Assembly (NCBI GenBank): GCA_938083505.1
Contig: CALKCF010000004.1
Span: 32,001-96,000, forward strand
Length of the DNA stretch: 64,000 bases
DNA from: an uncultured archaeon
GTDB lineage: Archaea > Thermoproteota > Nitrososphaeria_A > Caldarchaeales > Wolframiiraptoraceae
Direction: 5' to 3'
Part shown: positions 29,666 to 38,529 of the stretch, one piece after another
How positions within the stretch are numbered: the first letter of the stretch is position 1
How the letters are laid out: every line of letters starts with the position of its first letter
Program-made: the position numbers and the translations under genes
The notes under the pieces: generated by a model
The model's database searches: none
What the model saw: the letters and a program-made list of their open reading frames with translations, nothing else
What the model was told of the DNA's origin: nothing

Positions 29666-31006
29666 TCATTTGGGCAGCGGCTCTTCTACATACTCTACTA
29701 ACCAATCCATCGACCATAGCATGTTGCGGTCGGCCCTCTCACCAAACCCTATTTTGACGTCCCCGTCCTGGTCTCTAATAGGCCTCTTTCCATCAGGGTC
29801 GTGCCCCTCAACGCTAAATGGCTCGAAGAGTAGCTCCTTCATCTCCTCATACCTTTGCTTGATTAGGCTGACATATTCGTCTGGTATGACTGGATTCATT
29901 GGTAGCAGATAGACCGTCCCCTCTTCTTTTCCTACAGTGCTCTTCTCGACAGGCCGTCTCCACCTCCAAGGTATGTAGTCACCAACCCTCGCCCAGATGT
30001 CTACACTTTGCCACGTCTTGGTCGCAACCATCTTGTAAAAGTCTAGATATATTGGTCCCCAGTTGGCTACGGGCCCTGTTAGGTGGGCGGTCGGGCCGTA
30101 TTCTCTCATGTCGCTGTAGTGGCTGAAGCTCCATACCTTCTTACCCTTCTTTTGGTAATCTTCGGCGACCATTAGCACCGCTGGCGTATCCTCTGTGTAG
30201 TTAACTACATCGCAGTTCTTATCGTCAATTAGGGCAGAGGCTGCAAGTCTCGCCTGCTCCGGCGCAACCCAATTGAAGATCCACGTTACATGCGCTTTTA
30301 CGTCCTTTCCAGTTCTCTTCTTATATGTATATTGAGCTCCGAGTACGTAGGCATTTATATGTCTGACAACCTCCGGTATCGGATATGCAGCAACGTACCC
30401 TATGACGCCTGTTTGTGTTATCGCGCCTGCAGCAAGTCCGCATAGGTAGTAAAGCTGATAGAATTCCGCGAATGCCGCACTCATGTTCTGTGGCGCGTTC
30501 CCAGCAGCACCGCTCCTGTAACCCGATATGTGAACAAAGTACCTATCGGAGTACTTTTTAGCAGCGTCGGCTGTTGCGTCCATGAAACCAAAGCTCGTCG
30601 TTATTATCAGCTCACAACCTTTTGCTACCAAGTTTTCGATGGCCGGCGTAACTTCAGGCTCCGGAACGCTCTCGATGTAGTAGCTTTCAACGTTCTTGAA
30701 CCTCTCATCGGCCCATCTCCTGCCTCTATCGTGTCCATAGCTCCAACCGTAATCGCCGACTGGTCCAACGTACACGTATCCTACCTTAATCGGCTTTAGC
30801 TCTTTTACTGGTAATGTGTAGGTGACAGTTCTTGTGACCTCGACTTCCTCCGGCACCCTAGCAAGATAACCTGCAGCACCGCCTGCAATGCCTGCGGCGA
30901 TTATGCCGCTGATCGCCGCGGCCTTTGTGATGCCAAGAAACTCCCTTCTGGAAATCTTTTTTTCATTTACTGCATTTTTGTTCATATTTACTGCATATTC
31001 GAACAT
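29666..31006 (-). CDS. BMP/PnrA-family substrate-binding protein with a Tat signal
   Basis: SRREFL twin-arginine motif, GPVGDYGW, TSFGFMD and PIPEVVRHINAY. Confidence 0.88.
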   Translation of the reverse strand: MFEYAVNMNKNAVNEKKISRREFLGITKAAAISGIIAAGIAGGAAGYLARVPEEVEVTRTVTYTLPVKELKPIKVGYVYVGPVGDYGWSYGHDRGRRWADERFKNVESYYIESVPEPEVTPAIENLVAKGCELIITTSFGFMDATADAAKKYSDRYFVHISGYRSGAAGNAPQNMSAAFAEFYQLYYLCGLAAGAITQTGVIGYVAAYPIPEVVRHINAYVLGAQYTYKKRTGKDVKAHVTWIFNWVAPEQARLAASALIDDKNCDVVNYTEDTPAVLMVAEDYQKKGKKVWSFSHYSDMREYGPTAHLTGPVANWGPIYLDFYKMVATKTWQSVDIWARVGDYIPWRWRRPVEKSTVGKEEGTVYLLPMNPVIPDEYVSLIKQRYEEMKELLFEPFSVEGHDPDGKRPIRDQDGDVKIGFGERADRNMLWSMDWLVEYVEEPLPK

Positions 31007-31114
31007 TTATTTAAGAATATTTTTACACAAATATGTCAATTTGACACCCCTTGGAACACCAGCTGAACGTTGTAAAAAACGTTTATATCGTCGACGAATA
31101 ATTGAAGTCACAAG

Positions 31115-32338
31115 GTGGTCGGGCTAGTCAGGACGATAAAGCTTGTATGTAGGGATTGCTCCGAGGAATACGAGCCCCACCTTCTCTATATGTGCCCGAA
31201 GTGTCTAAGTGCCCTAGAGGTAAAGTATGAGATATCCGGCGTTTCGAGGTCGACTTTTGAGAAGAACGATAGATCCATCTGGAAATACTTCGAACTGCTA
31301 CCCATAGAGGATCCGAGCAACATCGTCAACATAGGCTCCGGTAACACACCGTTAGTAAAGGCCGACAGACTCGGTGAGGAGCTCGGAATAAGAAAGCTCT
31401 ACATAAAGAACGACACAACGAACCCGACGTTCTCATTTAAGGACAGACCGGCTTCGGTGGCTGTCTCTAAGGCGAAGGAGTTTAAGCTAAGCGCTGTCGG
31501 TTGTGCCTCGACCGGGAACCTTGCGTCTGCGACCGCGGCGCATGCTAGCAAAGCAAAGCTTCCCTGCTACGTCTTCATGCCTTCAAACGTTGAGCGGAAC
31601 AAAATACTGCAGGCAATACAATATGGTGCAGAGGTGGTACTCGTGGACGGTACTTATGACGATGTGAACAGGCTCGCACACATATCTTGCGACCTATACA
31701 ACGTGGGCATGGTTAACGTGAACCTCAGGCCTTACTACGTTGAGGGGTCAAAGACTATGATGTTCGAAATAGTCGAGCAGTTGGGTTGGAGGGCTCCTGA
31801 CCACGTCATAGTTCCCATGGCGAGCGGCGCACTCCTTTGCGCTCTTTACAAAGGTTTGATGGAGCTTGAGGAGCTTAACATCGTGAAAGGTCATACTAGG
31901 GTGTCAGGCGCTCAGCCTGAAGGTTGCTCACCGATAGTTCATGCGTTTAAGAAAGGCCTGAATCATGTCGTACCAGTTGAGAAGCCTAAGACTATCGTCA
32001 AAAGCCTCGCGATAGGCATGCCCGGTGACGGTACCTTTGCGCTCATGACTGTTAGGAAGAGCGGTGGTGTATGCGAATCAGTAACGGACGAGGAGATCTT
32101 GGATTCCGTTAGGCTTTTGGCGAAGACGGAGGGGATTTTTGCAGAGCCTGGCGGGGCGATAAGCGTCGCGGTCTTAAAGAAGCTGCTGGAAGATGGCAAG
32201 GTCGACAGGTCGGAGGAAGTGGTCTGCTGCGTGACGGGTGCAGGTTTCAAGACGATCGAGATGATTTCCCAGCAAGATGTTAAGACAAAGTTAATATTAC
32301 CCAAGACTGAAATGCTCGATATGGTATTCGCTCGGTGA
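31115..32338 (+). CDS. thrC: Threonine synthase-like PLP enzyme with an N-terminal zinc ribbon
   Basis: CRDC...CPKC, PLP lysine in NPTFSFKDR, ASTGNLA, EGSKT and VTGAGFK. The reaction may not be threonine synthesis (see findings). Confidence 0.82.
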   Translation: MVGLVRTIKLVCRDCSEEYEPHLLYMCPKCLSALEVKYEISGVSRSTFEKNDRSIWKYFELLPIEDPSNIVNIGSGNTPLVKADRLGEELGIRKLYIKNDTTNPTFSFKDRPASVAVSKAKEFKLSAVGCASTGNLASATAAHASKAKLPCYVFMPSNVERNKILQAIQYGAEVVLVDGTYDDVNRLAHISCDLYNVGMVNVNLRPYYVEGSKTMMFEIVEQLGWRAPDHVIVPMASGALLCALYKGLMELEELNIVKGHTRVSGAQPEGCSPIVHAFKKGLNHVVPVEKPKTIVKSLAIGMPGDGTFALMTVRKSGGVCESVTDEEILDSVRLLAKTEGIFAEPGGAISVAVLKKLLEDGKVDRSEEVVCCVTGAGFKTIEMISQQDVKTKLILPKTEMLDMVFAR

Positions 32339-32344
32339 GGTTTT

Positions 32345-32659
32345 ATGGCGAAGGTTAAGCTCATCATGACAAGCGCGTTGGCCATGTACCTGAGCAGTGA
32401 GCGAGAACTTTACGTCGAGGCGTCAAGCGTTCGGGAGTTACTTAACCGGCTCTCTGAGAGGTTTGGTGATGCGTTCAGGCAGAGGGTCTTTAATGCTGAC
32501 GGAAATCTGAAGAGCTTCGTGGTCTTATACCTTAACGGAAAGAACATAGAATTCGCAGGAGGACTCGATGCAAAGCTCGAAGATGGTGACGAAGTGCTGA
32601 TACTTCCGGCGATAGGCGGAGGTACCGCAAACATTAACACGGGCCTTCAGGCTGCTTGA
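32345..32659 (+). CDS. MoaD/ThiS/SAMP ubiquitin-like sulfur carrier with a C-terminal extension
   Basis: YLNGKNI and LEDGDEVLILPAIGG, followed by GTANINTGLQAA. Confidence 0.88.
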   Translation: MAKVKLIMTSALAMYLSSERELYVEASSVRELLNRLSERFGDAFRQRVFNADGNLKSFVVLYLNGKNIEFAGGLDAKLEDGDEVLILPAIGGGTANINTGLQAA

Positions 32660-32923
32660 ATAGAGCGGTGCAATAAGCATTATCCGTATATCAAAAAATT
32701 ATGTAACTTCGCTGGAGTTTATAAAGCAACGAGCAAAAAGCGCATAAGCGAGAAGTTAAAGGTATAAGATGGCTTAATCCCCTCGCTATAACACTGAACC
32801 CCAAAAAGAGAATTGAAAGTTGATTTCTTAGCAGAGACTTTTTATAAAGTAACACTCATCAGACTCGGTCTCGGAATAATACTCATACACAAGTGACATA
32901 AATAGGTAGAAGGGATCATTGAT

Positions 32924-33855
32924 CTATAATGGGAGAAAAATGAGTTTTTCTGGTGGTAGTATTTTGTTTATTTTGTTGGCTACGAGCATAAGTAGTCCTC
33001 CTTTGAGCATGTTTAGAGATGATAAGCTTTTTTCGAGTTCGTCGTTTGACGAGAACCTTTTCATCTGTTTTTTGCATTCGCCTCTGCCTTTTTTTACAAC
33101 TTTTTTCATTAGATTTTCGTATACCTTTGTAACTTCTAAGCCTTCTTCTTCAGCCTTCGTTATGGCTTTTATTGCCAAGCGTCCGCTTAGAGCAGCATTA
33201 TCCATTCTAACACCTCGGTATAAATCAACTAAACCCGCAGCATCCCCAACCAGCATTTTATAGAACATGTAAAGCGTGTTTGGATCTAAATTCATATCTC
33301 TGACAAAATAATAATTTACAGTCGCTCCTGATTCTTTTCTCTCAAAATCTTGTGGCCGCAATTTCCATCTGATACGTGAAAGCATTCCATCAGCGCCAAT
33401 AAGATAACGAGCCTTTAACCTCCTTATACTCGCCTTCCGCTGACATCTTAATGATTATTTTTACCATTTTTATTTTCAACAAAATCAACTAGTGATGTGT
33501 TCTCGCTAAAATCTGCACCAGCATCCACTGCCAACAAGTTGAGCCAACTGTCAAAGGTGGATCTCTAAAAGTTTAGCATCCTCATCTTGCCTCGTAAAAC
33601 CTTGTCCTTCGGAGTTATCATCTCAACCTTAAAAAGTTCATTTTTACAAAGCTTATCTCTAGGTATCTTCTCACCAATAAGTTTCTCAAAATATAAAAAC
33701 TGAATCCCAGAACAAGGCTTGTTCCTAGGGGTCTTAAACTTCTCAATAACCAATGTCTTAAAACCACTTTTTGCCGCAAACCTTGCAGCAACAGAACCAG
33801 CCACACCCCCACCCACAACAACCACATCATACTCTTCCAAGAAACTCATCCCCAA
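32924..33855 (-). pseudogene. Geranylgeranyl-reductase-family FAD oxidoreductase, decayed
   Basis: YDVVVVGGGVAG...KPC, in-frame TAG at 33565-67, then RSTFDSWL. ARYLIGADG and LVGDAAG follow in shifted frames, and the middle of the protein appears deleted. Confidence 0.8.
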
Positions 33856-34100
33856 ATTAACATGTATTTTACCTTTTTATATTTGCAGAAATTTATGATT
33901 TTCTGTTAAGAGACATTAAAAGCCATGTTTACTCTGCGCTAAATTAACTCTAAATATTGTGGACTCTTGTCCGTTCTAGGTGTCGTGAATGTAAAGTTGT
34001 ACGTAAGGATGAGTTTACCTTGCAGGTATTTTTAGGTCCTCTTCGAGTTTATAACAAGTTTCAATATAAAAACCGAACCAAGGGTGGGTTTTGCTAACGC

Positions 34101-34592
34101 CTAGGATTTTAGAACACGAGCCTCCATATAGTAGTCTCCGGTATAATGGAGTAGTGGGTTGAACTCTCTCCTTCTCACGTGCTCCTCTACTACCTTTCCT
34201 ACAAGAAGATAGTGGTCACCGAATAGTTCCATGTGTACAATAACGCATTCAAGCGTTATCGGTGACTCGGCGATGCCAGGGGGTCTAATCTTCTTGGAGG
34301 GAACCTTCGTTAGCATCACCATGCTGAACTTATCGACGTCCCTACCCGAGTAGCTACCGCAAACTTTAACCTGGTCGAGCATCTCTAAGGTCGCCACATT
34401 CGCCGTGAATTCGCCAACCTCCTTGAGGTTCGAGAAGGTCTGTCTCTCCGGCGCTATAGCGATTGCTACATACTTAGGGCTGAAGCTGACTGGCATCACG
34501 AAGCTAGCCGGCATGATGTTCTCCCTACCCCTGCCGTCAACACTCACCACCAGCAAAACTGGTCTTGGGAATATTTGCTGAGATATGCGCAT
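34101..34592 (-). CDS. Flavin reductase family (DIM6/NTAB) protein
   Basis: FPRPVLLV, GEFTAN, SGRDVDKF, LEC and GDHYLLVG. Confidence 0.88.
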   Translation of the reverse strand: MRISQQIFPRPVLLVVSVDGRGRENIMPASFVMPVSFSPKYVAIAIAPERQTFSNLKEVGEFTANVATLEMLDQVKVCGSYSGRDVDKFSMVMLTKVPSKKIRPPGIAESPITLECVIVHMELFGDHYLLVGKVVEEHVRRREFNPLLHYTGDYYMEARVLKS

Positions 34593-34830
34593 ACCCTCAA
34601 CGTAATTTTTTTACATTAAAATTTATTTAAATTTTTAGAGATTTTTAAAATAATTTTGTACTGGCAAATGCTCTGGACTCAATGTACCAAGCATAACTTT
34701 TACCAACGACCCTATTGTATAGGTCAAGCTTGCAGCACTAAGAGTTATGTCAACAACATCTTAAGCCAAACCAACATACCGTGATAGCATTCCTTAAACA
34801 TTCAAAACTCGGAGTTATGCTCATGCTCCC

Positions 34831-37716
34831 CTAAAAATTCATACTAGAAATCTGTATGCGCTTTTTACATTTGTACAATTTATTGACCATGCTTTCATAA
34901 AGGCACGAATCAGTGTATTCATTCCTGTAAACTTCGATTACGGAGTCTACCTTTTCTCCATAAATATTATGTTTAAGTGCTTTTTGAAACCTCAGCTCAG
35001 ATTCGGGTATCAGGAAGTTTGGCACCACACGCTTCACTAGTTCAAACTCAGCAAATGGTAGGGCTGCAGCTAACGTCAAAGTAACAAAATCTTGGGGTGA
35101 AAGTGGCACCAGCTGGAAGAAGCTCCTTAGGCCTTCCAAGCCGACTATCATGCACAATAAGAAAGCTTCCCATAAGATAGCAAGCAGTAGCCACTTATGC
35201 GGCTTAACCCTGCTTATCGGATGCCTTATCGAGCATAGGTTTAACGCGAGAGAAAGCTCAATTACGACAAAGGACAAGAAGAGGATAGTCCTAGCAACCT
35301 CGATGCCCCTGCTCATGTTCGATAGGAAGAGCCAGATTAGGAATGGTGTATGGATTAAAGTTATCAGAACTAGTAGGAACCTAACCTCACGCGAGAATAT
35401 CGACTCTTTTGGATCTCTTGGTGGGCGACTCATGAGTCCAGGTTCAGGAGGTGTTAAGCCGAGAGCGATCGCAGGAAGTCCGTCCGTTGCCAAGTTTATG
35501 TATAGTATGTGTACCGGTAGTAAAGGAAGCGGAAACCCTAGGAGCACGAGTATTCCTATGCTCACCACCTCAACTATGTTGCTCTCGAGTAGGTAGAGCA
35601 AAAACTTCTTGATGTTATCATATATCCACCTGCCCAGCTCTATCGCCTTCACGATCGTCGCAAAATTATCATCGGATAAGACCATATCCGCCGCTTCCTT
35701 AGAGACCTCCGTCCCTGTTATGCCCATGGCGATGCCTATGTCGGACTGCTTCAGCGCTGGTGCATCATTCACTCCGTCACCAGTCATTGCAACGATCTTG
35801 CCTTTTCGCTTCCAAGCCCTAACTATCTTCAACTTATCTAGGGGAGAAACTCTTGCGTAAACCGTAACTTTCTCGCACACCTCGTCAAGCTTGGCATCGT
35901 CCATCACTTCCAGCTCTTGCCCCGTTAATATAATATCACCTTCTTCGTAGATATTCATGCTTTTTGCTATAGCTACGGCTGTCTGTTTGTGGTCACCAGT
36001 GATCATCACAGGCTTTATCTGAACCTGTTTACATGTCTTGATAGCCTCTATGGCATCCTCCCTAGGCGGGTCTATCATGCCAAATAGGCCGATTAGCACA
36101 AAGTCTCTTTCTAGCCTTTTGGCATCCGCACACTCTTCACGTTCAACTTTTCTGTAGGCAACTGCTAAGACCCTGAGGCTTTTTGTTGCCATCTCGTTAT
36201 TCACCGCTAGCACCTTTGACCTTAACTCCTCCGATAGCTTTACCACTTCTCCGTCCAAGAGTACTCGATTGCAAGAATCCAGGACTACCTCGACGGCCCC
36301 CTTCATGTACGCAATCAAAGAACCGTCAGGTGTACTGTGGACCGTCGTCATTTTCTTCCTCTCCGAGCTGAACGGTACCTCGAAGACCCTCGGGTTTGTC
36401 CTCCTAAGCTCTAACTCGTCGATTCCGGCCTTCCTGGCAACTACCACAAGCGCACCTTCTGTCGGGTCTCCTATAACGCCCCATCCTCTATTAGTGTTTA
36501 CGAGTTGCGCATCGTTGCAGAGAACGCCTGCTTTGAGAAGCAAATAAATCGAAGCATCAGGCTCTATGACTTCTTCATCCTTAAAAAACTCCCCCTTCGG
36601 TTCGTAACCTACACCTGAGATCTTTATGCTCTTTCCTGAAACGAATAGCTGAACGACAGTCATCTCGCCCTTCGTGAGCGTCCCGGTCTTATCAGAACAT
36701 ATAACCTGAGTGCAACCGAGCGTCTCTACTGTAGACATTCTTCTAACTAGGGCGTTGTGCTTAGCCATAACGTACATACCTATTGCCAAAGTGCCCGTAA
36801 CTACCGCCGGTAGCGCCTCCGGAACGACCGCTACCGCTAGGGCTACCGTGAACATCATCATCTCAATGACGAAGCCAACCGTCAGACTACCGTGCAGAAA
36901 CAACTCCTCAAGGATGCCCGCGATAGCTATCAAGCTTATGACACTCAACACAACCCTTATGAGAAAGCTGCCTATCTCCTTCGTCTTCCTCTCGAGCGGT
37001 GTTTCTTCCTTTTCGATTGTTGCCACAGTTTTTGCTATCTTACCTAGCTCGGTATTCATGCCTGTGGCAACGACTATGCATTTGCCCCTGCCATACGTAA
37101 CTGTAGTACCTGCGAATACCATACAACGTCTATCGCTGATGCCCGCATCCATTGGCGAGGGTTCAACTTGCTTCAAAACCGGTACGGATTCGCCAGTAAG
37201 GGCCGCCTCGTTAACCTGCAGGTTAACGACGTGGACGAGCCGTGCGTCGGCAGGCACCTTATCGCCCGCCTCGAGAAGTAGCACATCACCAGGAACAACT
37301 TCTCTGGTTGATATGTTAACAGCTTTACCATCCCGGATGACGTTGACCCTTGGACTTAGCATCCTCTTTAGAGCTTCGAGTGCCCTCTCCGCCCTTAGTT
37401 CTTGGATGAATCCCAGGATTGTCGCCGCCATCACTATTATGAATATCAGTACGGAGTCGATGAACTCGCCTAAAATTGCAGAGATAAGTATGGCGACGAG
37501 CAATAGCAAAATCAGGACATTCTTAAACTGTCTGACGAATATCTTTAGACCTGAAACCTTCTTCGGCTTCTCGATTTCATTCGGACCTACTACTGAGAGT
37601 CTATTCATCGCTTCATCGTTGGTAAGTCCTTTTTCCGGGTCGGTTCTGAGCCTAGCTACGACCTCTTCGACACTCATCGAGTGCCAATTTTCAACCTTAG
37701 GCTTGCCACCTTCCAT
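34831..37716 (-). CDS. P2A-type cation (Ca2+-like) P-type ATPase
   Basis: TGES, VPEALP, phosphorylation motif SDKTGTLT, KGA, TGD, GDGVNDAPAL and INLATDGLPA. Confidence 0.93.
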   Translation of the reverse strand: MEGGKPKVENWHSMSVEEVVARLRTDPEKGLTNDEAMNRLSVVGPNEIEKPKKVSGLKIFVRQFKNVLILLLLVAILISAILGEFIDSVLIFIIVMAATILGFIQELRAERALEALKRMLSPRVNVIRDGKAVNISTREVVPGDVLLLEAGDKVPADARLVHVVNLQVNEAALTGESVPVLKQVEPSPMDAGISDRRCMVFAGTTVTYGRGKCIVVATGMNTELGKIAKTVATIEKEETPLERKTKEIGSFLIRVVLSVISLIAIAGILEELFLHGSLTVGFVIEMMMFTVALAVAVVPEALPAVVTGTLAIGMYVMAKHNALVRRMSTVETLGCTQVICSDKTGTLTKGEMTVVQLFVSGKSIKISGVGYEPKGEFFKDEEVIEPDASIYLLLKAGVLCNDAQLVNTNRGWGVIGDPTEGALVVVARKAGIDELELRRTNPRVFEVPFSSERKKMTTVHSTPDGSLIAYMKGAVEVVLDSCNRVLLDGEVVKLSEELRSKVLAVNNEMATKSLRVLAVAYRKVEREECADAKRLERDFVLIGLFGMIDPPREDAIEAIKTCKQVQIKPVMITGDHKQTAVAIAKSMNIYEEGDIILTGQELEVMDDAKLDEVCEKVTVYARVSPLDKLKIVRAWKRKGKIVAMTGDGVNDAPALKQSDIGIAMGITGTEVSKEAADMVLSDDNFATIVKAIELGRWIYDNIKKFLLYLLESNIVEVVSIGILVLLGFPLPLLPVHILYINLATDGLPAIALGLTPPEPGLMSRPPRDPKESIFSREVRFLLVLITLIHTPFLIWLFLSNMSRGIEVARTILFLSFVVIELSLALNLCSIRHPISRVKPHKWLLLAILWEAFLLCMIVGLEGLRSFFQLVPLSPQDFVTLTLAAALPFAEFELVKRVVPNFLIPESELRFQKALKHNIYGEKVDSVIEVYRNEYTDSCLYESMVNKLYKCKKRIQISSMNF

Positions 37717-37774
37717 TTTACTATGGCAGAAATCGCTTAAAGATACTATAAAGGGTTATTTGTGTTGCTTAAAG

Positions 37775-38398
37775 TTAAGCAACCCTTTTTCTGACGGATA
37801 TTCCAACGGGCATAACGTACATCGGCCTCTCTTCTCCTGATACTCCCAAAACTTCTCCGACCTTATCATCGTAGAACGCTCCAACGGCAACTGTTCCCAA
37901 ACCCATGGCCGTTGCTTGGAGGTATATGTTCTGGCTCACGTGGCCAACCTCTATATGCACATACCTCTCCCCCCTCGTTCCATACCTTCTTGCAGTTCTA
38001 GTGTATATCGCGGTTATGACAATGTTCAGTGGAGCATCCTTTACCCAACTCTGTCCGAGGCAGGCTGACGCTAGTTCTTCATTAAAATCACCTCTTCTTA
38101 TAAGCTCTAGAGAATGATCTTCCGGTTGGTAGTGGTACACGCCAGCTTCCAGGCCTTCCACACCGCCACTCCTCACGACCACGTAAACCTCAAGCGGATA
38201 TGTGGCGCCTGCGGATGGCGCAGCTCTTAACATATTCCTGTGATCCGTTATACCTTGCGCACACCACACTAGTTGCGAAACATGCTCTAGCATGAGCTTA
38301 CTTGATGTATATCTTCTCTCAGACCTGCGCCAGTGTATTGCCTCCTCGACGGACACGTTACCCCTTAAGGATGGACTAGGAAGCACCACCTTTCTCAT
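37775..38398 (-). CDS. SagB/ThcOx-type nitroreductase family protein
   Basis: RRSERRY, RAAPSAGATYPLE and EVGHVSQNIYLQATAMGLG. Start moved to ATG 38398. Confidence 0.88.
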   Translation of the reverse strand: MRKVVLPSPSLRGNVSVEEAIHWRRSERRYTSSKLMLEHVSQLVWCAQGITDHRNMLRAAPSAGATYPLEVYVVVRSGGVEGLEAGVYHYQPEDHSLELIRRGDFNEELASACLGQSWVKDAPLNIVITAIYTRTARRYGTRGERYVHIEVGHVSQNIYLQATAMGLGTVAVGAFYDDKVGEVLGVSGEERPMYVMPVGISVRKRVA

Positions 38399-38529
38399 AG
38401 GCTTTAGCGGCAATGTATGGTCACCAAGTATTTTAAGATTTGTATAAATAAGCTTATGGATTATGTGAAGCATCAACCAAAAAATAAAAAATTAAACTTT
38501 TTTAAGGTGTTGTTTTTCTGGTATTTGCA

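Noticed and set aside
32850-32900. Possible fifth C/D sRNA on the minus strand (ATGAGTA...CTGA)
   Set aside because: The C box is degenerate, the spacing is too short and there is no terminal stem.
36710-37840. Long antisense ORFs (376 aa here; also 15229..15813, 28784..29365, 46294..46935, 48231..48914)
   Set aside because: They are shadows of well-supported genes on the other strand, are Ser/Thr/Pro-rich and contain no motifs.
37775-38398. RiPP (azole peptide) cluster suggested by the SagB-like gene
   Set aside because: No YcaO, precursor peptide or transporter is adjacent; stand-alone SagB-like genes are common in archaea.
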